From assembly GCA_963814375.1 (NCBI GenBank), contig CAWFCQ010000005.1, positions 160,001 through 224,000 of the forward strand: a stretch of DNA of 64,000 bases, in the 5' to 3' direction. The translations under genes and the position numbers were made by a program. Below the pieces are notes generated by a model. It was given only the letters and a program-made list of their open reading frames with translations. It searched no databases and was not told the origin of the DNA. Of this stretch, positions 31,772-44,473 are shown piece after piece. How positions within the stretch are numbered: position 1 is the first letter of the stretch; the number at the start of each line of letters is the position of its first letter. This DNA comes from an uncultured Chloroflexia bacterium (lineage in GTDB: Bacteria > Chloroflexota > Limnocylindria > QHBO01).

Positions 31772-32689
31772 GTGAAGGTCGTGGTGGCCCTCGGGGGCAA
31801 CGCGCTGCTGAAACGCGGCGAGCCGATGACGGCGGACGCCCAGCGGGCCAACGTCCGCGTCGCGGCTGAGAGCCTCGCCCGCATCGCCGGCGATCACCAG
31901 CTCGTCATCTCGCACGGCAACGGCCCCCAGGTCGGGCTCCTGGCGCTCGAGGCTGCTGCCTACACCGAGGTCGAGGCGTACCCGTTCGACATCCTCGGCG
32001 CCGAGACGCAGGGGATGATCGGCTACCTCGTCGAGCAGGAGCTCGGCAACTTCCTGCCCGCTGAGGTTCCGCTTGCGACGATCCTGACGATGGTCGAAGT
32101 CGATCCCGACGATCCGGCCTTCGGCAACCCAACGAAATTCGTCGGCCCGATCTACGAGAAGGCGGAGGCCGATGCTCTCGCCGCCGACAAGGGTTGGACC
32201 GTCAAGGCTGATGGCGACCACTGGCGACGCGTCGTTCCCTCGCCGAAGCCGAAGCGGATCTTCGAGATCCGGCCGATGCGATGGCTCATCGAGCGTGGCG
32301 TGGTCGTCATCTGCGCCGGCGGCGGCGGCATCCCCACGATGTACGCGCCGGGCGAGGAGCGGCGGCTGATCGGCGTGGAGGCCGTGATCGACAAGGATTT
32401 CGCGACGAGCTTCCTGTCGCGCGAGCTGGACGCCGACCTGTTCATCATGGCGACCGACGTCGACGGCGTGTACGTCGACTGGGGCACGCCCGGCCAGCGG
32501 CGCCTCGATCGCGTCACCTCCGAGGAGCTGCGAGCGATCTCGTTCCCCGCCGGCTCGATGGGGCCGAAGGTCGACGCCGCCACGGAGTTCGTGGATGCCA
32601 CCGGGAAGCGCGCCGTGATCGGGTCGCTCGAGCAGCTCGACGCGATGGTGGAAGGAACCGCCGGCACGAACGTCGTGTCGGGCAAGTGA
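31772..32689 (+). CDS. arcC: Carbamate kinase
   Basis: [50 protein letters not shown]. Confidence 0.96.
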   Translation: MKVVVALGGNALLKRGEPMTADAQRANVRVAAESLARIAGDHQLVISHGNGPQVGLLALEAAAYTEVEAYPFDILGAETQGMIGYLVEQELGNFLPAEVPLATILTMVEVDPDDPAFGNPTKFVGPIYEKAEADALAADKGWTVKADGDHWRRVVPSPKPKRIFEIRPMRWLIERGVVVICAGGGGIPTMYAPGEERRLIGVEAVIDKDFATSFLSRELDADLFIMATDVDGVYVDWGTPGQRRLDRVTSEELRAISFPAGSMGPKVDAATEFVDATGKRAVIGSLEQLDAMVEGTAGTNVVSGK

Positions 32690-32705
32690 AGGAGTTGATG
32701 GAACG

Positions 32706-33968
32706 ATGAGTGGTTTCGGTGTCCACTCCGAGGTCGGAAAGCTGCGCCAGGTCATCGTGCACCGGCCCGATCTGAGCCTGAAGCGCCTCACCCCCGGCAC
32801 CCACGACGAGCTTCTGTTCGACGACGTGCTGTGGGTGGACCGCGCGCAGTGGGAGCACGACCAGTTCGTGGCTCGCATGCGCGAGCGCGACGTGGAGGTC
32901 TTCTACGTCCAGGACCTGCTGGGAGAGGCGCTGGCCGCGAGCGATGACGCTCGCAAACGGATCATCGAGCGCGTCGCGAACGAGTACACCGTCGGTATCG
33001 GCCTGGTCGACGACGTGAGCTCCATCCTGGCGGCGATGGCGCCCGACGTGCTGGCGCGCCACCTCATCGGCGGCCTCACCATCGAGGAGTCGGGCCTCGA
33101 CGTCGGTGCGGTCAAGGGCAGCTCGCTCATCGCCGCGGCCGTCGACGACTTCTCGACCTTCGTCCTGCCGCCGCTGCCGAACTCGCTGTTCACGCGCGAC
33201 TCGTCGTGCTGGATCTACGGCGGCGTCTCGATCAACCCGATGTACTGGCCGGCGCGACGGCGCGAGGCCTACAACATGGCCGTCATCTACCGCGCCCACC
33301 CGATGTTCGCCGATGCCGGCTTCGACTACTGGTACCCGCCGATGGGCGACGACGACCGCTTCAACACCGAGGACTTCGGGCTCGCCTCGCTCGAGGGCGG
33401 CGACGTCGAGATCATCGGCAACGGCGCCGTCGCAATCGGCCTCAGCGAGCGCACGCAGGCCCGCATGATCGAGCAGATCGCGCGTGCGCTGTTCGAGAAG
33501 GGCGCTGCCGACCGCGTCATCGCAGCCGTGATGACGAAGGATCGGGCCCACATGCACCTCGACACGGTCTTCACCATGCTCGACCGCGACAAGGCGACCG
33601 CCTATCCGAAGGTCGTCGAGGGGATCCGAGCGATCAGCCTCCGCCCGGGGTCGAAGCCCGGCACGGTCGACGTGCGGGAGGACAAGAACCTCGTCTCCGC
33701 CATCGAGGATGCGCTCGGCATCCCGAAGCTTCACGTCGTGGAGACCGGTGGCGACCAGTACCAGCAGGAGCGGGAGCAGTGGGACGACGGCAACAACGTC
33801 GTCGCGCTCGAGCCGGGGGTGGTGGTCGCCTACGAACGCAACACGTTCACGATCTCGAAGATGCGCGAGGCTGGCGTCGAGGTCGTCGAGATCGCCGGGT
33901 TCGAGCTCGGCAAGGGCCGCGGCGGCGGGCACTGCATGACCTGCCCGATCGCCCGCGATCCACTGTGA
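32706..33968 (+). CDS. arcA: Arginine deiminase
   Basis: VHSEVGKLR, LLFDD, FTRD, LEGGD, HLDTV, EQWDDGNN, GRGGGHCMTCP. Confidence 0.96.
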   Translation: MSGFGVHSEVGKLRQVIVHRPDLSLKRLTPGTHDELLFDDVLWVDRAQWEHDQFVARMRERDVEVFYVQDLLGEALAASDDARKRIIERVANEYTVGIGLVDDVSSILAAMAPDVLARHLIGGLTIEESGLDVGAVKGSSLIAAAVDDFSTFVLPPLPNSLFTRDSSCWIYGGVSINPMYWPARRREAYNMAVIYRAHPMFADAGFDYWYPPMGDDDRFNTEDFGLASLEGGDVEIIGNGAVAIGLSERTQARMIEQIARALFEKGAADRVIAAVMTKDRAHMHLDTVFTMLDRDKATAYPKVVEGIRAISLRPGSKPGTVDVREDKNLVSAIEDALGIPKLHVVETGGDQYQQEREQWDDGNNVVALEPGVVVAYERNTFTISKMREAGVEVVEIAGFELGKGRGGGHCMTCPIARDPL

Positions 33969-33977
33969 GGTCCAGCC

Positions 33978-34166
33978 ATGAACGATGACGTTTCCGTGAC
34001 GGACGGCGACGCTTCGATGGGGCGGGTGATCGGGCTTCTCCAGGTGATCACCGGGCTGCTCATGGTGATTGCCATCGTGCTCCTCGTCATCCTGGCCCGC
34101 GGGCTGGAGGACCAGGAGCGGTCAGGGGCAACGCTCACGGTCGCTGCCTCCCAGGTCACCGCATGA
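33978..34166 (+). CDS. Small single-TM protein (62 aa)
   Basis: GAGG RBS, one hydrophobic helix (VIGLLQVITGLLMVIAIVLLVIL). Fills the gap between arcA and the NhaC gene. Confidence 0.6.
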   Translation: MNDDVSVTDGDASMGRVIGLLQVITGLLMVIAIVLLVILARGLEDQERSGATLTVAASQVTA

Positions 34167-34176
34167 CCGTCCGCCC

Positions 34177-35713
34177 GTGAACGACCAGGTCCCGCTGGGC
34201 GACGAGGACGCGTCCAGGATCCGCGAGCCATCGCTGCTCGACGCGATCATCCCGGTCGTCACCCTCGTCGGCCTGATCGGCCTCACGATCTGGCTGTTCG
34301 GGACCGATGCGACCGGCGGCCCGCTCCAGGTCGCGCTCCTCACGAGCACGATGGTCGCCGGCTTCGTCGCGCTCAAGAACGGCCACACCGTCGTCCGGGT
34401 CCGCGAGGCCGTGGTGGGCGGCATCTCCTCCGCCCTCTCCGCCGTCTTCATCCTCCTCGCGGTCGGCTCGCTCATCGGCGCGTGGAACATGTCGGGAACG
34501 ATCCCGACCGTCGTCTACTACGGCATCGGCCTCCTGAGCGCCACGTGGTTCTACGCCGCGACGGCAATCGTGTGCGGGCTGGTCGGGCTGGCCATCGGCA
34601 GCTCGTGGACCACCGCCGCCACCCTGGGCGTCGCATTCGTGGCGCTGGCGCCCATCCTCGGCGCGGACCCGATCATCGCGGCCGGCGCCGTGATCTCCGG
34701 CGCGTACTTCGGCGACAAGATGACGCCAATCTCGGAGACGACGGTCCTGGTGCCATCGATGGTGGGCGGCGTGACGACCCAGGAGCACATCGGCGCCATG
34801 GTGTGGACGTCGGTGCCGGCAATCGTGCTGTCCATCCTGGGCTTCGCCATCATCGGCCTGATGGCGCCGCCGCCGACCACGGCATTCGATCCGAGCGACG
34901 CGCAGGCGATCCTGGCCGGGGAGTTCGTGATCTCGCCGATCAACCTCGTGCCGATGGTGCTGCTGGTCATCCTGTCGATCCGCCGCACTCCCCCCTTCCT
35001 GGCCATCTTCGGCAGCGCGCTCTTCGCCGCCGTCCTGGGCGTCTTCACCCAGCCCGAGGCCGTGGCGGCGTTCGTCGGTGACGAGTCCGCCGGGACTGTC
35101 CAGACGGGATTGATCGCGATCTACTCGGCGCTGGCCACCGGGTTCGTGTCGAACAGTGGCAACGAGACGATCGACTCGCTGTTCTCGCGCGGCGGGATGG
35201 CGTCGATGCTCAACACGATCTGGCTGGTGCTCGGCGCGCTGTCCTTCGCCGCGGTGATGGAGCACGCCGGCTTCCTCGAACGCCTCATTCGCCCCGTCCT
35301 CGGCGGCTGCGCGCTCCACGGGCCGGCTCATCGCAGCCGTGATCGGCACAGCGATCGGGCTGAACGTGATCGCCGGCGACCAGTACGTGGCGATCGTCAT
35401 GCCCAGCCGCGTCTACCGTGCCGAGTTCGCGAAGCGCGGGATCGCGCCACGAATGCTGTCGAGGACGGTCGAGGATGCCGGCACGGTCACCTCGCCCCTG
35501 GTGCCGTGGAACAGCTGTGGCGCCTACATGGCCGGGGTCCTCGGCGTCGCGACCGTCGCCTACCTGCCCTTCGCGTTCTTCAACCTGCTGAGCCCGCTGA
35601 TCTCGCTCATCTACGGCTTCACCGGGTTCCACATCGAGCACGTGTCACCCCCCGACCAGGCATCGGCGCCGGTCGCTGACCCGTCGCCGCAACCCGCCGA
35701 AGGAGGCTCGTGA
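34177..35713 (+). CDS. NhaC-family antiporter, possible Arg/Orn exchanger (frameshift near 35305; start uncertain, 34163 or 34177)
   Basis: SGTIPT, GSSWTTAATLG, SGAYFGDKMTPISETT, SRGGM, DQY, LSRTVED.GT.TSPLVPWNSCGAYM. Confidence 0.88.
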
Positions 35714-37239
35714 TGACCGCCCAGTCCGCATCGGCCACCCCGCCCGAATCCCACGAAGGCGGCGACGAGAGCGGCGGCCGCGGGTTCGCCCTGCCATCGG
35801 CCTACACGATCCTCTTCGCGCTCATCGTCCTGATGGCAATCGCGACGTGGATCATTCCCGCGGGTCGATACGACCTCAATGAGAGCGGCGAACCGATTCC
35901 GGGGACCTACCAGCAGGTCGAGCAGAATCCGCAGCGGATCGTCACCGACTCGCTGCTGGCGCCGATCAACGGCCTCTACGGCATCGAGAGCGCCGAGGAC
36001 GGGAGCATCAGCTTCTACAACTCCGGCGAGCTGTTCGGTGCCATCGATGTCGCCCTCTTCATCCTCGTCATCGGCGGCTTCCTTGGGGTGACGATGAAGA
36101 CGGGGGCGATCCAGGGCGGGATCGCGCAGATCGTCTCGAGCCTGCGGGGCCGCGAGCGGCTCCTGATCCCGATCCTCATGATCGTCTTCGCGATCGGCGG
36201 CACGACCTTCGGCATGGCGGAAGAGAGCCTCGCCTTCTACGCCCTCGTCATCACGGTCATGATCGCCGCGGGCTATGACGCGCTGGTGGGCGCGGCGATC
36301 CTGCTTCTGGGTTGTGGGATCGGGGTGCTGGGCTCGACGATCAACCCGTTCGCGACGGGCATCGCCTCCGGCTTCGCCGGGGTGAGCATCGACCAGGGGC
36401 TCATCGGCCGGATCGTCATCCTCGTCATCGGCACCGCAATCGGGATCTGGTTCGTCATGCGCTACGCCGCGAAGGTGAAGGCCGATCCGAGCACCTCGAT
36501 GGTCGCGGACAAGAGGGCGGAGAACGAGGCACGCTTCCTCGCCGACACCAACGGGAGCGCGACGACGAGCCTAACCGGCCGGCAGCCCGCCGTCCTCATC
36601 CTCTTCTTCCTGGCCTTCGCAATCATGATCTACGGCGTCATTCCGTGGGAGGACCTCGGCATCGGCCTGCCGACGCTGTGGTGGTGGTTCCCCGAGATGA
36701 CCGCGTCCTTCCTGCTCTTCGCGATCCTGATCGGCATCGTCGGCCGAATGGGTGAAGGCGACATCACATCGACCTTCGTCGACGGCGCGCGCGACCTGCT
36801 GGGCGTCGCGCTGATCATCGGCATCGCGAGGGGCATCACGGTGATCATGAACAACGGCCTGATCACCGACACGGTCCTCAATGCGGCGGAGGTCGCTGTG
36901 GCGGATCTCGGCGGCGTCCTGTTCATCAACCTCATGTACCTCCTCTTCCTGCCGCTGTCGTTCCTGATCCCGTCTTCATCAGGCCTTGCCACGGTCGCAA
37001 TGCCGATCATGGCTCCGCTGGCGAGCTTCGCGGACGTTCCGGCCCAGCTCGTGGTCACCGCGTACCAATCGGCCAACGGCCTTCTCAACCTCATCACGCC
37101 CACGTCGGCGGTCGTCATGGGTGGCCTGGCCATCGCGCGGGTCGGCTACGGCACGTGGCTGCGGTTCGTGTGGCCCGTGCTGCTGCTGTTGGCCGTGCTG
37201 TCGGTGCTGGTACTCTCCGCCGGCGTGGCGTTCCAGTGA
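35710..37239 (+). CDS. YfcC/ArcD-family basic amino acid antiporter
   Basis: LPSAYTIL, TWIIPAG.Y, GTTFGMAEE, STINPFATGIAS, IPSSSGLA, NLITPTS. Confidence 0.9.
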   Translation: MMTAQSASATPPESHEGGDESGGRGFALPSAYTILFALIVLMAIATWIIPAGRYDLNESGEPIPGTYQQVEQNPQRIVTDSLLAPINGLYGIESAEDGSISFYNSGELFGAIDVALFILVIGGFLGVTMKTGAIQGGIAQIVSSLRGRERLLIPILMIVFAIGGTTFGMAEESLAFYALVITVMIAAGYDALVGAAILLLGCGIGVLGSTINPFATGIASGFAGVSIDQGLIGRIVILVIGTAIGIWFVMRYAAKVKADPSTSMVADKRAENEARFLADTNGSATTSLTGRQPAVLILFFLAFAIMIYGVIPWEDLGIGLPTLWWWFPEMTASFLLFAILIGIVGRMGEGDITSTFVDGARDLLGVALIIGIARGITVIMNNGLITDTVLNAAEVAVADLGGVLFINLMYLLFLPLSFLIPSSSGLATVAMPIMAPLASFADVPAQLVVTAYQSANGLLNLITPTSAVVMGGLAIARVGYGTWLRFVWPVLLLLAVLSVLVLSAGVAFQ

Positions 37240-37274
37240 CCTCGATCACCCACCTGCATTCCGAGGAGTAGGCA

Positions 37275-40043
37275 ATGACGACCCAATCGACCGCGCCGCA
37301 AGGTGCGCCACAGACGGCGTGGCACACGCTGCCGGTGGCTGATGCGCTCAAGGCGCAGAACGTCGACGCGGCGGTCGGCCTCAGCAGCGCCGAGGTCGAG
37401 GCGCGTCGCGCGGAGTTCGGGCCCAACAAGTTCGCCGAGGCCAAAAAGGAGTCGGGCTGGAGCAAGTTCGTGCGCCAGTATCAGGACCCGATGCAGCTGG
37501 TCCTGCTGATCGCCGCGATCATCAGCCTCATCGTCATTCGCGATCGAGGAACGGCGCTCCTGCTCCTCGGGCTGACCCTGCTCAACGCGGTCATGTCCCT
37601 GAACCAGGAGGGCAAGGCCGAGTCGAGTGTGGCCGCGCTCCAGAAGATGATGATCGTGCAGACGCGCGTCCGGCGAGGCGGGTCGCTCGAGCAGATCCCG
37701 GCGGAGGGGCTGGTCCCGGGCGACATCGTGGCGGTTGAAGCGGGTGACCGGATCCCGGCCGACGGCCGGATCATCAAGGCCGCGACGCTGGAGATCGACG
37801 AGTCGGCCCTGACCGGCGAGAGCGCGCCGGTCCCGAAGGAGGTCGATCCGGTCGCGAGCCCGGATACGCCGCTTGGCGACCGCGTCGACATGGCCCACAT
37901 GAACACGAGTGCCACGCGCGGCTCGGGCGAGATTCTCGTCACCGCGACCGGCATGAACACCGAGGTCGGGCATATCTCCGGCATGCTGCAGGCGACCGAG
38001 GACGAGAAGACCCCGCTCACCCGTCAGCTGGACGCGCTGACGAACCAGATCATCATCATCGCCGGGCTGGCCCTTCTTGCCTCGATCGCGCTCGGCTACT
38101 TCATCTACGACCAGCCATTCGACGTGCTCTTCATCTCGGCCGTGGCCTTCTCCGTCGCCGCCGTGCCGACCGGCCTGCCGGCCGTGGTCACGACCCTGCT
38201 CTCGATCGGAACGAAGACGCTCGCGCAGGCCGGGGCCATCGTGAAGCGACTCCGCTCGGTCGAGACCCTCGGGTCCACGTCGGCGATCAACTCGGACAAG
38301 ACCGGGACCCTGACCCTCAACCAGATGACCGCGGTCGAGCTCACCATTCCCGGGCGCCGATTCACGATCAACGGCGAGGGATACGCCACGACCGGGCAGA
38401 TCACCACGGTGGACGGCGAGCCCACGGGCGACATCTCGGCCTATCTCCTGCCGATGGCGCTCTGCGCCGATGCCGAGGTGCGCGACGGGACGCTTGTTGG
38501 CGACCCGACCGAGGGCGCCCTGGTGGTCCTGGCCGCGAAGGGCGGGATCGATCCCCAGGAGACGCGAGATGCGCTCCCGCGCGTCGCTGTCCTGCCGTTC
38601 GACGCGGCATACAAGTTCATGGCCACCTTCCACCGCGTGAAGGACGACTCGGGCCGCGATGTTATCCGGGCGTTCGTGAAGGGGGCCCCCGACCAGCTCC
38701 TGTCGCGGGCCAAGGACGCCCTGGCGGCCGATGGACGTTTGGTCCCAGCCGCCGAGATGTCCGAGCGCTTCAACGCCGAGAACGAGCGGCTGGCGAAGAA
38801 CGGGCTGCGCGTCATGTGCGCCGCTCGCCGCGACTTCGATCCGGCGAGCTTTGACCCGAACGCCGACCTGTTGCCGCTCGTCTCCGACCTGACGCTGCTG
38901 GCACTGGCGGGCATCGTCGACCCACCGCGGCCGGAGGCCCGCACGGCGATCGCGGAGGCGCATGCCGCGGGCATCCAGGTCAGGATGATCACCGGCGACC
39001 ACGCGGTGACGGCCGCGGCCATCGCCGGTGACCTGGGCATCCGGGGGGAGGCAATAACCGGGGCGGAGTGGGGCGACTACAGCGATGACGAGGCGCTGCG
39101 TCGCATCGACGACATCGGCGTTATCGCCCGCGTCACCCCGGAGCACAAGGTCCGCCTCGTCGACATCCTGAAGCGCAAGGGCCGGATCGTTGCCATGACC
39201 GGCGACGGCGTGAACGACGCGCCGGCGCTCAAGCGGGCCGACATCGGCGTGGCGATGGGCATCACGGGGACCGAGGTCTCGAAGGAAGCCGCGGTCATGA
39301 TCCTTACTGACGACAACTTCGCGACCATCGTGAAGGCGGTCGAGAAGGGCCGCGCCCTCTACGACAACCTCGTGAAGTACATCCGCTACCAGATGGGCGT
39401 CCTCTTCGGGATGATCTGGGTGTTCCTGGGCTCGGGCCTCTTCAACGTCCTCGCCGGCCTGCCGTTCGTGCCCCAGCAGACGCTGTACGTGAACTTCACG
39501 ACGCAGGTCCTGCAGTCGATCGGGTTGGGGCTCGGCGAACCGACGGAAGGCCTCATGGAGCGCCCGCCGCGCAAGGCGGACGAGCAGGTGATGCCATTGC
39601 CGCTTGCCATCCGGTTGGCGATCTTCGGCGCCATCATGGCGGCGACCACGCTCGTAGTGATCCAGTGGGTGAGCGTCAACACCGGCGACGACGTGCTGGC
39701 GCGCACCATGGGGCTGACGACGTTCTCGTTCGGAAACCTCTTCTACGGGCTGGCATGCAACGATCGGAGGGCGTCGGTCTTCAGCCACGCGTTGCTGGCG
39801 AATGCGAAGCTCCTGCAGATGAGCGCGATATCGCTCGGCTTCATCATCATCGGCAACGAGCTCGACCTTCTGAACCGCCTCCTCAACACGACCTCGCTGA
39901 ACATCGAGCAGTGGGTCGTCTGCGCGGCCGCGGGATCAGTGATCCTGTGGGTAATGGAGGTCATCAAGTTCTTTGGCCGCCGCGGGCCTGCGGCGGAGAC
40001 GGTTGCGACGGAGGAGCCGGTGGCCGCCCCCGCGCAGGCCTAA
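37275..40043 (+). CDS. P2-like P-type ATPase with atypical membrane ion-site residues
   Basis: TGES, DKTGTLT, KGAPD, DPPR, MITGD, TGDGVNDAPALK. M4 reads PTGLP. Confidence 0.93.
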   Translation: MTTQSTAPQGAPQTAWHTLPVADALKAQNVDAAVGLSSAEVEARRAEFGPNKFAEAKKESGWSKFVRQYQDPMQLVLLIAAIISLIVIRDRGTALLLLGLTLLNAVMSLNQEGKAESSVAALQKMMIVQTRVRRGGSLEQIPAEGLVPGDIVAVEAGDRIPADGRIIKAATLEIDESALTGESAPVPKEVDPVASPDTPLGDRVDMAHMNTSATRGSGEILVTATGMNTEVGHISGMLQATEDEKTPLTRQLDALTNQIIIIAGLALLASIALGYFIYDQPFDVLFISAVAFSVAAVPTGLPAVVTTLLSIGTKTLAQAGAIVKRLRSVETLGSTSAINSDKTGTLTLNQMTAVELTIPGRRFTINGEGYATTGQITTVDGEPTGDISAYLLPMALCADAEVRDGTLVGDPTEGALVVLAAKGGIDPQETRDALPRVAVLPFDAAYKFMATFHRVKDDSGRDVIRAFVKGAPDQLLSRAKDALAADGRLVPAAEMSERFNAENERLAKNGLRVMCAARRDFDPASFDPNADLLPLVSDLTLLALAGIVDPPRPEARTAIAEAHAAGIQVRMITGDHAVTAAAIAGDLGIRGEAITGAEWGDYSDDEALRRIDDIGVIARVTPEHKVRLVDILKRKGRIVAMTGDGVNDAPALKRADIGVAMGITGTEVSKEAAVMILTDDNFATIVKAVEKGRALYDNLVKYIRYQMGVLFGMIWVFLGSGLFNVLAGLPFVPQQTLYVNFTTQVLQSIGLGLGEPTEGLMERPPRKADEQVMPLPLAIRLAIFGAIMAATTLVVIQWVSVNTGDDVLARTMGLTTFSFGNLFYGLACNDRRASVFSHALLANAKLLQMSAISLGFIIIGNELDLLNRLLNTTSLNIEQWVVCAAAGSVILWVMEVIKFFGRRGPAAETVATEEPVAAPAQA

Positions 40044-40053
40044 GAGACAGACA

Positions 40054-40084
40054 ACGAGGCCGGGCCACAGCCGCCCGGCCTCGT
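40054..40084. terminator. Hairpin between the convergent ATPase and dnaK genes
   Basis: ACGAGGCCGGGC-cacagcc-GCCCGGCCTCGT, 12-bp perfect stem. Confidence 0.75.
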
Positions 40085-40116
40085 ATGAGGTTCAGACGGG
40101 CGAGCGCCCGGAGGTG

Positions 40117-42069
<1,953 letters not shown>

Positions 42070-42076
42070 GGGTTCG

Positions 42077-42658
42077 TCAGTGCTCCTTCGGGTTGTTCGC
42101 GACTCGGACGAGGCTCGGCCGGATCACCCGGTCGTGCAGGCGGTATCCGCGCTGCAGCTCGCCGATCACTTCGTTGTCGGGATGCTCGGCGGTGTCCTCG
42201 TGGACGACCGCCTCGTGCAGATTCGGGTCGAATGGTTGGCCGACCGCCTCGATCGGCGTCACGCCCTCCGCCTCGAGGACGCCGCGCAGCTTGCGCTCGA
42301 CGAGCTGGACGCCCTCGATCCAGGCGTCGCCGGCGTCGGCGGGCACGCTCTCGAGCGCCCGGTCGAAGTCATCGAGGACGGCCAGCAGCTTGCCGATGAG
42401 GACCGCGTTGCTGAACTGGCCGACGACGGCGCGCTCCTCGTCCGTCCGTCGCTTGAAGTTCGCGAAGTCGGCGGCGGAGCGCTGCCAGTTGTAGAGGTGC
42501 TCCTCGTTCTTGGCGGACACGTCGGCGAGCTCGCGTTCGAGCTGCTCGATGCGCTCGGCCAGCTCGATACGAGAGGGCGTCTTGATCGCGTCGACGCGTT
42601 CCTCTCCGCGGGTCTTGGTCTGCGGCTTCGTGCCGCCGTTGGTGGGTTGATCGGTCAT
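42077..42658 (-). CDS. grpE: Nucleotide exchange factor GrpE
   Basis: [41 protein letters not shown]. Start MTDQ overlaps the hrcA stop. Confidence 0.95.
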   Translation of the reverse strand: MTDQPTNGGTKPQTKTRGEERVDAIKTPSRIELAERIEQLERELADVSAKNEEHLYNWQRSAADFANFKRRTDEERAVVGQFSNAVLIGKLLAVLDDFDRALESVPADAGDAWIEGVQLVERKLRGVLEAEGVTPIEAVGQPFDPNLHEAVVHEDTAEHPDNEVIGELQRGYRLHDRVIRPSLVRVANNPKEH

Positions 42659-43759
42659 TGGGTCTCGCCGTACTCGCGGTTGATCAGCTCGTTCATGAGC
42701 GTGGACAGGTATCGGACCGTCGGGATCGCCCGCGGGTAGCGCATGCGGGTCGGTCCCATGACGCCGAGCAGGCCGAGCGCTCGGTCCGGTGTTCCATACG
42801 GGGCAAAGATGAGGCTGACCTCGTGCATCGCGTCGTTCGTGTTCTCGCGGCCGATGATCACGTGCACCCCGCCACGCCGGGTCAGGACCGGGACGAGCTG
42901 CTGAAGGAAGTCCGACCGCTGGATCACCTCGAGGATCGGCCGCAGCTTGCTGCCCTCGGCGAACTCGGGCTGCTCGAGGACGTTGACGATGCCGTCGGTG
43001 AAGACCTCCTCGACGATGACCGAGTCGGCCTCCTCCAGGAGCCCGGTGACGACCTCGCCGATACGCGCCGGCAGCGGCGGCAGCTTCGACGCACGCCGCC
43101 GAACCTGCGGTGCGGTGAGGCCTGCCAGCTCGGCGTTCATCGTTGCCGCCGCGGCGTCGAGCGCGGCCTGGTCGATCGCCTCCTCGGGAAGCTGCCGCTC
43201 GAGCGCCGTGCGATCCAACCGTCGCTGGCTGACGTTGCCGTCGGCCAGGACGAGCACGAGCAGGCGCGTTCCATCGGCGAGGGCGGCGAGCTGGATGTGG
43301 CCGAACCGCGCCCGGCGGGACCGTGCCGGCGTCACCACCGACGCGGACCGCGTGCTGCCCGCCAGGATGCTGGCCGCGAGCCGCAACCACTCGTTGCTCG
43401 TCAGCTGCACCTGGCTGAACTGGTGGCGGATCATGAGCTGGTCGGTGGTGTCGAGCTCCGCCTCGCGCATGAGCGATTCGACATACAGGCGGTAGCCGAG
43501 GTCCGATGGCACCCGTCCGGCGCTGGTGTGGGGATGCGTCAGCAGGCCCAAGCGACTCCAGCTCGGCCATCGCGCTTCGCACGGTGGCCGGTGAAACGCC
43601 GAGGCCGTAGCGCGTGACGAGCGCCTTGGACCCGACGGGAACCGCGGTGAAGACGTAGTCCTCGACCACGGCGCGCAGCACCGAACGCTGCCGCTCGGTC
43701 AGCTCGAGCGCTGGCCGATGCGGACTGGTGCGCTCGCGCGCCGTCCGATCGTCCGCCAT
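42655..43759 (-). CDS. hrcA: Heat-inducible transcription repressor HrcA (frameshift near 43552)
   Basis: [51 protein letters not shown]. Confidence 0.95.
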
Positions 43760-43778
43760 TTCGCCTCCTGCATCGGGG

Positions 43779-43805
43779 TTAGCACTCTCACGCCGAGAGT
43801 GCTAA
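43779..43805. promoter_or_regulatory. CIRCE element (HrcA operator)
   Basis: Perfect TTAGCACTC-N9-GAGTGCTAA about 20 nt upstream of hrcA. An extra half-site GAGTGCT follows at 43807. Confidence 0.97.
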
Positions 43806-43888
43806 CGAGTGCTGGCGGGCATGGTACGCCTGCCGCGGACACGGTGTCAACGCCGCTCGGCCGCGGGTCATCGCCGCTCCGCCGCGGG

Positions 43889-44473
43889 TCATCGCCGCGC
43901 CTCCCTGGCGGCGAGAACCGCCCGGCCGCGCGGCGAGAGCCGGTACCCCGGACGCAGGCTCTCGGTCAGGCCGAGCTCCTTCAGCTTGCGCACATCGAGC
44001 TTGAACGGGTCCCGCTCACGGCCGAAGGCCTCCGCCAGGTCGGCGGCGCGAACGCCGGGCTGGTGCGCGATCGTCTCGAGCGTCGCAAACGTCCACGGTC
44101 CATGCCGGCTGGCCACGTCGAGCCGGTCGAGGCGCCGCAACAGCTCGTCGACCTCCGCAGCACCGGGCTCCGACTCGCGCAGCGCGATCCGCGGGTCGGG
44201 ACCGGCGAGGTGGAGGTCGACGCGGAAGATCGTTCCGCTCGGACGGCGGTCGACGAGCTCCAGCAGCTCATCCAGGCCGGCGAGCCCTGCCGACTGCGCG
44301 TCGGCATCGGTCAGGGAGTCTCGCGTGACCGGTTCGACCGCGTCGAAGGCGACCACGCCTGCCGGCGTTCGCTGCCTTCCGCCGGCACGCACCCGCGGTC
44401 GATCCCATTTTCGGTACGCACGGGTGACACTGCCCTCGGCGATCCCCTTCAACGTTGCGGGCCGGAACAGCAT
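43889..44473 (-). CDS. Hypothetical protein (ASCH-like N-terminus, wHTH-like C-terminus)
   Basis: MLFRPATLKGIAEGSVTRAYRKW.RPRVRAGG...FKLDVRKLKELGLTESL..GYRLSPRG. TGATG coupling with hemW. Confidence 0.7.
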   Translation of the reverse strand: MLFRPATLKGIAEGSVTRAYRKWDRPRVRAGGRQRTPAGVVAFDAVEPVTRDSLTDADAQSAGLAGLDELLELVDRRPSGTIFRVDLHLAGPDPRIALRESEPGAAEVDELLRRLDRLDVASRHGPWTFATLETIAHQPGVRAADLAEAFGRERDPFKLDVRKLKELGLTESLRPGYRLSPRGRAVLAAREARR

